A DNA stretch of 64,000 bases from SAR92 clade bacterium (GTDB lineage Bacteria; Pseudomonadota; Gammaproteobacteria; Pseudomonadales; Porticoccaceae), in the NCBI GenBank assembly GCA_018607525.1, contig JABBBH010000051.1, forward strand, positions 4,394-68,393, given 5' to 3'. Of the stretch, positions 56,963 through 64,000 are shown one piece after another. Under the pieces are notes generated by a model. That model ran no database searches. It had not been told where the DNA came from and saw only the letters and a program-made list of their open reading frames with translations. The position numbers and the translations under genes were made by a program. Within the stretch, counting starts at the first letter, position 1. The number at the start of each line of letters is the position of its first letter.

Positions 56963-58012
56963 ATGCAATATAGGCCATTGGGAACAACCGGATTGCAGGT
57001 GCCAGTTATTGGTTTGGGCACTATGACATGGGGTGAGCAAAATAATTTACAGCAGGCCTGTGAGCAAATGGATTATGCCTTGAAAAGAGGAGTTAATTTA
57101 TTTGATGTGGCAGAGATGTACCCCGTGCCGCCTCGGCCTGAAACGGTTGGAGAAACTGAGCGCTATATTGGTGAATGGTTTGCCCAGTCGGGTAAGCGTG
57201 CAGAGGTTACATTAGCCACCAAAGTGACTGGTCGGGCGGAGCAAAAACAGTCAGGCCTGTCGCATATTAGAGGAGGCACGCGCCTAAGTAGGGACCATAT
57301 TCGGCGTGCCATTGATGGCTCGCTTGAACGGTTGCAAACCGACTACATCGATCTTTATCAGGTGCACTGGCCAGAACGCGCCACCAACTTCTTTGGCGCT
57401 AGAGGTTATCGACACCAACCTGATTCCGATGGCATTAGCATCGAAGAGACACTGGTTGTATTGTCTGAATTAGTTGATGAGGGTCTGGTAAAGCATATAG
57501 GTATTTCTAATGAAACGCCTTGGGGCGCAATGCAGTATCTTAACCTCGCCAAGCAGCATAATTTACCTACAGTGATTAGCGTACAAAATGTCTACAACCT
57601 ATTGAATCGCCAATATGAGACCGGCATGGCAGAACTCTGTGTCAGAGAAAATATCGGTCTGTTGGCCTATTCGCCTATGGCCTTTGGTGTATTGAGCGGC
57701 AAATATCTTAATAATCAGAAACCCTCAGGGGCAAGATTAACGCTGTTTGATCGCTTTACTCGCTACGACAGCCCTCAAACCTTAGCCGCTACAGAAGCCT
57801 ATGCGGATATTGCTAATCGACAGGGGTTAAGTCTTGCACAAATGTCTTTGGCGTTTGTCTGCCAGCAAAATTTTGTAGCTAGCTGTTTAATTGGCGCAAC
57901 TACCATGGAGCAACTCAAAGAAAATATTGATGCTGCCGAGGTTGTTTTAAGTGATGAGGTGATGGCTGAGATTGAGGATGTTCACAACGCTTATCCAGAT
58001 CCCGCCCCCTAA
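56963..58012 (+). CDS. tas: NADP(H)-dependent aldo-keto reductase (Tas-like)
   Basis: LGTMTWGEQN, DVAEMYPVPP, YIDLYQVHWPER, IGISNETPWG; ATG at 56963 after GAGAGGA. Confidence 0.9.
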   Translation: MQYRPLGTTGLQVPVIGLGTMTWGEQNNLQQACEQMDYALKRGVNLFDVAEMYPVPPRPETVGETERYIGEWFAQSGKRAEVTLATKVTGRAEQKQSGLSHIRGGTRLSRDHIRRAIDGSLERLQTDYIDLYQVHWPERATNFFGARGYRHQPDSDGISIEETLVVLSELVDEGLVKHIGISNETPWGAMQYLNLAKQHNLPTVISVQNVYNLLNRQYETGMAELCVRENIGLLAYSPMAFGVLSGKYLNNQKPSGARLTLFDRFTRYDSPQTLAATEAYADIANRQGLSLAQMSLAFVCQQNFVASCLIGATTMEQLKENIDAAEVVLSDEVMAEIEDVHNAYPDPAP

Positions 58013-58024
58013 AAATTTATTGGC

Positions 58025-58588
58025 TTACATCAGGAAGGGGGTAATTTGCATACCTATTAAAGGAAGTATTTTGGCGCGAATGAACATCAGCGAAAAGATG
58101 GCAGCCATAGGTGACAGGTCAATCATGCCGAGTGGCGGTATAAGCCGTCTAAAGGGTTCCATGTAGGGAGAAATTACCTGATGCACCAATCCTGCTGCAG
58201 GGTGCGGCGGCGTGCCAACCCAGCTGAAAACAACCAGAATAAAAATACCCCAAAAATAAATTTCGACCAAGGTTCTGAGTAACTCAAAGCCAGCCCAAGC
58301 AATAAACGCAAAAATACCCGCCGATAAGACACCCTTGGCGATTGCCATGACTACAAAAAAGCTCCATTTAATTAATAGAGCGGCCACTAACACTGATAGG
58401 TTAAAGCGACCAAAGCTAGGTATTATTTTTTCAAGGGGGCGAATAATCGGACTGCATATTTTGAGAATGCCCTGTGATACCGGATTATAAAAATCAGCGC
58501 CTACCCACTGCAGCAAAAATCTTATTAAAAGAAGCATTGCGGCAATATCTGTAATGGCTCTAAAGCCGTAAAGTAATGTTTCGTTCAT
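58025..58588 (-). CDS. yggT: YggT family membrane protein
   Basis: RFLLQWVGADFYNP.SQ, FRRLIPPLG.IDLSP. Confidence 0.93.
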   Translation of the reverse strand: MNETLLYGFRAITDIAAMLLLIRFLLQWVGADFYNPVSQGILKICSPIIRPLEKIIPSFGRFNLSVLVAALLIKWSFFVVMAIAKGVLSAGIFAFIAWAGFELLRTLVEIYFWGIFILVVFSWVGTPPHPAAGLVHQVISPYMEPFRRLIPPLGMIDLSPMAAIFSLMFIRAKILPLIGMQITPFLM

Positions 58589-58634
58589 AGGGTATCAGCT
58601 CAAAATATTTGGGTATGTGACTCAATCTAACGAG

Positions 58635-59450
58635 TTATTTGGAAAAATCATCGGACATCTCTTGGGCGCGATTCAAGGCGCTCGACATTGCTGTACGAAA
58701 AACGTTTTCGATATCCTGTGCCTGAAATGATTTAATCGCAGCCTGCGTGGTGCCCCCGGGCGAGGTTACCTGCTTGCGTAAAACCTCAGGTTTCTGGTCA
58801 GAATGTAAAGCCAGTTTGGCCGCTCCTAGTGCGGTATTCAGGGTAAGCTGGGCAGAAGTTTCGGCGTCAAGACCGAGCTCTTCGCCTACTTTTTGCATAG
58901 CTTCGTAAATCAAGAAGAAATAGGCGGGACCACTGCCAGAAACAGCGGTAACCGCATCAATATCGCCTTCTTTATTGACCCAGCAGGCATAGCCTACGGC
59001 ATTAAAGATGCCTTCAATGGTTGATTTTTGGTTGACGTTAAGGGCTTTACTAGCAAACAGCCCCGTTGCACCCGCCTGCACCATGGCGGGAGTATTAGGC
59101 ATGGCCCTTACTATGGTTAGATTGCTCCCCATCCAGTTTGCTAAGGCAGATACCGGAATGCCGGCAGCAATTGAAACCACAATAGGATTATGAGTCAGTG
59201 AGTCGGCAAGTGGTGCAGTAACCACACCCATCACTTGTGGCTTTACCGCTAGTACCACAATGTCGGCGGTGCTTACTGCGGCACCATTATCGCCAGTAGT
59301 AGAAATTCCGTGGGTGGCTTCGATCCGTTGGCGAGAGTCTGCGTTTGGCTCGCTAACTAAAATGTCTTCACTTGAAAAGCCATTGGCTAACATGCCGCCA
59401 ATCAAGCATGACGCCATGTTGCCGCCGCCGATAAAAACTACTTTACTCAT
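58635..59450 (-). CDS. proC: Pyrroline-5-carboxylate reductase
   Basis: FIGGGNMA, VRAMPNTP, TAVSGSGPAY, VTSPGGTT. Confidence 0.98.
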   Translation of the reverse strand: MSKVVFIGGGNMASCLIGGMLANGFSSEDILVSEPNADSRQRIEATHGISTTGDNGAAVSTADIVVLAVKPQVMGVVTAPLADSLTHNPIVVSIAAGIPVSALANWMGSNLTIVRAMPNTPAMVQAGATGLFASKALNVNQKSTIEGIFNAVGYACWVNKEGDIDAVTAVSGSGPAYFFLIYEAMQKVGEELGLDAETSAQLTLNTALGAAKLALHSDQKPEVLRKQVTSPGGTTQAAIKSFQAQDIENVFRTAMSSALNRAQEMSDDFSK

Positions 59451-60172
59451 AATGGTTTGCTTCCATTGTTATTAACTTTGCTGGCTCTTGGTCCAAAAAT
59501 ATCTGTACCGACACGAAGTATAGTCGAGCCCTCTAATATTGCAGCTTCGATATCACCGGACATTCCCATTGAGAGGGTATCGAGTTTTTGAGAATTGTCC
59601 AGTTGCTGATTAATTTGTTCTTGTAATAGTCGCAATGCGCGAAAAGGCTGGCGCTGGGCTTCTAATGTATCGCAGGATCTGGGGATAGCCATTAAACCGC
59701 GTAAGCGCACATTGGGTAGTTGGCTTACCCGTAGTGCTAAATCTATAGCCTGCTCAGGTAAGACGCCAGATTTACTCGGCTCAGCATCTATATTGATTTG
59801 CAGACATATATTAAGCGGGGGTAAATGCTCGGGCCGCTGCTCGCTCAATCGCTTGGCGATTTTGATTCTGTCCACAGAGTGAACCCAGTCAAAGTGCTCG
59901 GTCACAGGACGGGTTTTGTTAGATTGGAGTGGGCCAATAAAATGCCATTCGGCACCCAGAGTTTCCAATGATTTGATTTTATCTGTTGCCTCTTGCACAT
60001 AGTTTTCACCTAGCGCATTAAGACCTGCCTTATAGGCAACCTGAATATCATTGATTGGACGAGTTTTGCTGACCGCCAAGAGTTTAATGCTATTTGGGTC
60101 TCTGCCAGCTTGAGCAGCAGCCTGTTCAATTCGCTGCTTAACTGAAGTGATATTTTTTTCAATAGAAACCAT
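59447..60172 (-). CDS. yggS: PLP homeostasis protein YggS
   Basis: LLAVSKT, GENYVQE, WHFIGPLQSNK, LSMGMSGD, RVGTDIFG. Confidence 0.97.
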   Translation of the reverse strand: MVSIEKNITSVKQRIEQAAAQAGRDPNSIKLLAVSKTRPINDIQVAYKAGLNALGENYVQEATDKIKSLETLGAEWHFIGPLQSNKTRPVTEHFDWVHSVDRIKIAKRLSEQRPEHLPPLNICLQINIDAEPSKSGVLPEQAIDLALRVSQLPNVRLRGLMAIPRSCDTLEAQRQPFRALRLLQEQINQQLDNSQKLDTLSMGMSGDIEAAILEGSTILRVGTDIFGPRASKVNNNGSKPL

Positions 60173-60246
60173 AAATTGCGGTCTTATATTATTGGGATTA
60201 ATGTAATTTAATTTTGGCGCTAAAATTATAACGTCACCTGAAAGGC

Positions 60247-60702
60247 TTAGGGTTGCCGCCCCAAATCTGGCTGATCTAGCCAGCTTTGTAAGATAAGTGC
60301 AGCAGCAAGGTGATCAATTTTTGTTAGATCCATTCGTCCTTTACTACCCTGGTTATTTTCTTCTCGAATCAAGGCTTTGGCGTCTTGGCTGGTTAATCGC
60401 TCATCAACCATTAATACATTAGCATTGAAGCGCCCCTGCAGGCGTCGGGCAAATTTTCTGGCAAGTCGACTGAGCTCGCTTTCACTAGCGTCCATATTTA
60501 GGGGAAGCCCCACCAAGACAAGATCAGGGGTCCATTCGTCAAGCAACTTTGAAACTTCGTCCCAGTTAGGAATGCCGTCATGCGCCTTGAGAATACATAG
60601 CCCCCGGGCTGAGCCGGTTAGGGTTTGACCAGTGGCCACGCCCATTTGTCGCAAGCCATAATCAAAGGCCATAATTGTCTGATGCCCATCCAAATTATGC
60701 AT
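60247..60702 (-). CDS. ruvX: Pre-16S rRNA nuclease / Holliday junction resolvase-like RuvX (YqgF)
   Basis: AFDYG...MGVATG, VGLP, DERLTS, AAALILQSW. Confidence 0.93.
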   Translation of the reverse strand: MHNLDGHQTIMAFDYGLRQMGVATGQTLTGSARGLCILKAHDGIPNWDEVSKLLDEWTPDLVLVGLPLNMDASESELSRLARKFARRLQGRFNANVLMVDERLTSQDAKALIREENNQGSKGRMDLTKIDHLAAALILQSWLDQPDLGRQP

Positions 60703-61273
60703 GCCCAGATTCTAGCGACAACATGTCTAAATTTAAGCCAATGGTTAGAGCCGCCGCTTGGGCGCGCTGGGCGCAGTCGGTTTTAAACAATACCGCTGAA
60801 TCAGCGGGTATGACTAGCCAGCTATTGTCCTTGAGTTCTTCTTCAAGCTGCCCGCCACCCCAGCTTGAGTAGCCTAGTGTAATCAGAGCATCTTTCGGGC
60901 CTGCTCCTAGGGCAATGTCGCCGAGAATATCTTTTGATGTAGTCAGACTTATGTCTGTGCCTATATGGATGGTTGACTCCCATTTTTGGCCGCTGGCGCT
61001 ATGCAAAATAAACCCACGATCCTGCTGAATAGGCCCGCCATCAAAAATAAGCTCATCGCCTTCCTGTTGGTTATATTTAAGTTCTAAGCGGTCAAAAACA
61101 GCCTTGGCGGGGATATCCAATTGCTGGTTAATAATCAGCCCCATAGCGCCTTCGATATTATGTTCGCAAATATAGATCACTGACCCAGAAAAATTATCAT
61201 CATGCAGGCCAGGCATGGCGACCAAGAAATGATCTTTCAGGCTGGATATGGTTTTTTTGGATGTCTTGCTCAT
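60695..61273 (-). CDS. yqgE: YqgE/AlgH family protein
   Basis: HFLVAMP, VIYICEHN..GAMGL.IN, GGP.Q.DRGF, GYSSWGGGQLE.E. Confidence 0.95.
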   Translation of the reverse strand: MSKTSKKTISSLKDHFLVAMPGLHDDNFSGSVIYICEHNIEGAMGLIINQQLDIPAKAVFDRLELKYNQQEGDELIFDGGPIQQDRGFILHSASGQKWESTIHIGTDISLTTSKDILGDIALGAGPKDALITLGYSSWGGGQLEEELKDNSWLVIPADSAVLFKTDCAQRAQAAALTIGLNLDMLSLESGHA

Positions 61274-61336
61274 AGTTATAATATGAAGCCTCTATTGATC
61301 AAAAACAAGTTAAAGACAAAAAAATCACCGAACATG

Positions 61337-62284
61337 TCAGGCTATTCGGCGACAAATTGCGGCAATCAATTTTTCACCAATGGCAGTATTTTGCGCGCGA
61401 TCAATTTCTTGTACGCAGGTTGGGCTGGTGACATTAATCTCGGTGAGGTAGTCACCAATAATATCTAGGCCGACAAAAAGTAACCCGCGCTCAACTAAAC
61501 TGGGAGCCACCTGTTCCGCAATCCATTGGTCTCTTTCTGATAGCGGGCGCACCTCACCTTGGCCGCCAGCCGCAAGATTGCCGCGAAAATCGTTTCCTGT
61601 GGGGATTCTTGCTAAGCAGAAGGGGATTACTTCGCCATCCACCACAAGTACCCGTTTATCACCATCGGTTATTTCAGGTAAATATTTTTGAGCCATAATG
61701 GTTTGATTGCCAAACTGGGTGAGTGTTTCCAGAATAACATTGAGATTTTGATCCTCCGCTTTAACGCGAAAAATAGAGGCGCCGCCCATGCCATCAAGGG
61801 GCTTGAAAACCACATCCTGATGTTCTTCTAAAAAGCGGGTTAAGCGCTTTATGCTGCGGCTGACTAAAAGCGGTGGCGTGCACTGCGGAAATTCGGTCGC
61901 AAAAACTTTTTCGTTACAGTCGCGAAGGCTCTGGGGTTTATTTACTACCAGTGTGCCAAGCTTTTCAGCAGCTTCTAAAATATAGGTGGAATAGATAAAC
62001 TCGCTATCAAAGGGCGGGTCTTTGCGCATAATAACAACATCCAGCTCATTGAGCGGCACCGCGCTGGCTTGATCTAGTTCATACCAGCCGTCAGGATTGT
62101 TGATGACTCGTAGGGGGCGAACCTCAGCAAAAGGCGCGCCATTTTCGAGAAACAAGTCCTGTTGCTCCATATAAAAAAGCTTAAACCCTTGTTCCTGTGC
62201 CGCAAGCAAGATACTTAGGGTGGTGTCTTTGTAGAAGTTGATAGACTGAATCGGATCCATGACGACCCCTAATGTTTTTTCCAT
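61337..62284 (-). CDS. gshB: Glutathione synthetase
   Basis: VVMDPI..I...KDTT, MRKDPPFD, KPLDGMGG, RGNLAAGG, EINVTSPT. Confidence 0.98.
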   Translation of the reverse strand: MEKTLGVVMDPIQSINFYKDTTLSILLAAQEQGFKLFYMEQQDLFLENGAPFAEVRPLRVINNPDGWYELDQASAVPLNELDVVIMRKDPPFDSEFIYSTYILEAAEKLGTLVVNKPQSLRDCNEKVFATEFPQCTPPLLVSRSIKRLTRFLEEHQDVVFKPLDGMGGASIFRVKAEDQNLNVILETLTQFGNQTIMAQKYLPEITDGDKRVLVVDGEVIPFCLARIPTGNDFRGNLAAGGQGEVRPLSERDQWIAEQVAPSLVERGLLFVGLDIIGDYLTEINVTSPTCVQEIDRAQNTAIGEKLIAAICRRIA

Positions 62285-62465
62285 AATCCAAAACCTGCCG
62301 AATTAAATAATGTGGTTTATTGTGACATAGTTAGACAGCATAATTATAGCGTTGGGCCATATTATTAGAGCTGAAAAAAGCTATCGGCTTAAATATAGTC
62401 TCAAATCATTTGCACCTAAAACCATTCTCTAGCATTATTACGTCTTCCGCTTAAATTGGTGTTTT

Positions 62466-63137
62466 ATGACAGATTATCTGATTGCTCCATCCATATTAGC
62501 TGCCGATTTTGCCCGCTTGGGCGAAGAGGTCGACAATGTACTAGAGGCAGGTGCCGATATAGTGCATTTTGATGTCATGGATAATCATTATGTACCCAAT
62601 CTGACGATTGGCCCCATGGTGTGTAAAGCGCTGAGAAAGCATGGTGTCACCGCGCCTATTGATGTGCATCTGATGGTTCAACCTGTAGATGATCTCATTC
62701 GTATGTTTGCCGATGCCGGCGCCAGTTATATTACATTCCACCCCGAAGCATCTCAGCATGTCGATCGCTCATTACAGTTGGTGCGAGACCTTGGCTGTAA
62801 AGCAGGCTTGGTGTTGAACCCTGCAACTAATTTAGATGCGATTAACTGGGTTATGGATAGACTGGATATGTTACTGCTAATGTCAGTAAACCCTGGATTT
62901 GGCGGCCAAAAATTCATTCCGTCAACCCTAGATAAGCTCAAGCAAGCACGTAAAATTATTGATGAAAGCGGTTATGATATTAGGCTTGAAGTTGATGGTG
63001 GCGTTGGTGTGAAAAATATCCAAGAGATTGCAGCAGCAGGGGCAGATACCTTTGTAGCGGGCTCGGCTATTTTCAGCCAGTCAAACTATAAAAAAGTGAT
63101 TGATGAGATGCGATCAGAACTCAGTGCGGTAAGCTAA
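62466..63137 (+). CDS. rpe: Ribulose-phosphate 3-epimerase
   Basis: [43 protein letters not shown]. Confidence 0.99.
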   Translation: MTDYLIAPSILAADFARLGEEVDNVLEAGADIVHFDVMDNHYVPNLTIGPMVCKALRKHGVTAPIDVHLMVQPVDDLIRMFADAGASYITFHPEASQHVDRSLQLVRDLGCKAGLVLNPATNLDAINWVMDRLDMLLLMSVNPGFGGQKFIPSTLDKLKQARKIIDESGYDIRLEVDGGVGVKNIQEIAAAGADTFVAGSAIFSQSNYKKVIDEMRSELSAVS

Positions 63138-63192
63138 TTTACGCAACCAACAATATTGACTACAATTGATGTTCTATTTAGAGGGCAGAGTC

Positions 63193-63255
63193 TTGAAAAA
63201 CACATGTTTTGTAAAGCAGGTTAAGAGCCACCAGCGGTGGCGATGGTACTCATAA
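63193..63255 (+). CDS. Trp leader peptide (trpL-like), MKNTCFVKQVKSHQRWRWYS
   Basis: Not in the ORF track. TTG start after GAGGG, TGG codons at 63238 and 63244, stop 55 bp before the trpE ATG. Confidence 0.75.
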   Translation: MKNTCFVKQVKSHQRWRWYS

Positions 63256-63310
63256 GTTCCGTCGAGGGCGAATTGCGCCCTAAAGCCTCTTACATTACTA
63301 GGAAAACCAA

Positions 63311-64000
63311 ATGACTCCTGAAAAATTCGCCGAACTGGCAAGTCAAAATTTCAACCGAATCCCCGTCACCCGAAAAGTGCTGGCAGACTTTGAGACGCCT
63401 CTTAGCGTCTATCTCAAACTCGCCTATGGTGCCAACTCTTATTTGTTTGAGTCAGTACAGGGTGGTGAAAAATGGGGGCGTTATTCACTGATTGGCCTGC
63501 AAACTTCCACGGTATTGCGTGTCTATGGCCAGCAGTTAGAAATCATTAAAGATGGTAAGCCAATGGTCAATCGTCATACGGACGATCCTATGGCAGAAGT
63601 TGAGCGTTTTAGGCAGCTGTTTAGTATGCCTGACCTTCCTGATCTACCTCGGTTTACAGGCGGTCTTGTGGGCTATTTTGGCTACGACACGGTGCGCTAT
63701 GTTGAGCCAAAATTAGCTAAATCGCAGCCCAAGGACGAGTTGGGTACGCCAGATATTCTCTTGATGGCCTCTGATGAGGTGGCTATTTTTGATAATTTAT
63801 CGGGCACCCTTATGCTGGTGGTGCATGTGGATGCCGGCGAATCAGATGGGCTTGAAAAAGCTAATGCGCGACTTGATGAGCTACAGCAAAAATTAGCTGA
63901 GCCTGCCCCCAAAATACCAGAGCCCGAGCAACAGCTACAAGAATTAAGCGAAGACGACTTTAAGTCTAGTTTTGGGCAAGACAAATTTTTAAGGTCCGTG
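63311..64000 (+). CDS. trpE: Anthranilate synthase component I (5' partial, runs off the window)
   Basis: Not in the ORF track. Translated by hand: MTPEKFAELASQNFNRIPVTRKVLADFETPLSVYLKLA..ANSYLFESVQGGEKWGRYSLIGL, later PRFTGGLVGYFGYD. Confidence 0.93.
   Translation, partial: MTPEKFAELASQNFNRIPVTRKVLADFETPLSVYLKLAYGANSYLFESVQGGEKWGRYSLIGLQTSTVLRVYGQQLEIIKDGKPMVNRHTDDPMAEVERFRQLFSMPDLPDLPRFTGGLVGYFGYDTVRYVEPKLAKSQPKDELGTPDILLMASDEVAIFDNLSGTLMLVVHVDAGESDGLEKANARLDELQQKLAEPAPKIPEPEQQLQELSEDDFKSSFGQDKFLRSV

Overview
This is the replication-origin region of a compact gammaproteobacterial chromosome. Gene content and synteny are Pseudomonadales/Cellvibrionales-like, and a marine SAR92/Porticoccaceae-type genome is plausible, but that is inference only. 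Left of about 13.7 kb every gene is on the minus strand: mnmG-rsmG-parA-parB-atpIBEFHAGDC-glmU and a small AT-rich membrane gene. An E. coli-type oriC lies at about 13.65-13.93 kb. Right of it are rpmH-rnpA-yidD-yidC-mnmE, then dnaA-dnaN-recF-gyrB with two perfect parS sites inside recF. The rest is housekeeping: glyQS, galU, ubiCA, a TRAP permease pair, mutM, coaD, ftsYEX-rpoH, trmB, an FKBP, rsd, dsbB, gshA, ubiD-rho-trxA, hemW-rdgB-metWX, proC-yggS-ruvX-gshB, rpe, and a partial trpE preceded by a Trp leader peptide. I saw no rRNA, tRNA, CRISPR array, transposase or integrase. The ORF track misses rpmH, trpL and the partial trpE. The most notable observations are (1) the rpmH-mnmE block is inverted relative to the canonical arrangement, so it is co-directional with the fork leaving oriC; (2) ATP synthase subunit a carries about 65 extra residues forming a probable extra transmembrane hairpin; (3) the enterobacterial-type oriC has no GATC sites; (4) a W-R-W trp leader peptide lacks a classical U-tailed terminator. 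I found no clear novel multi-gene system, and the window is mostly core genome.
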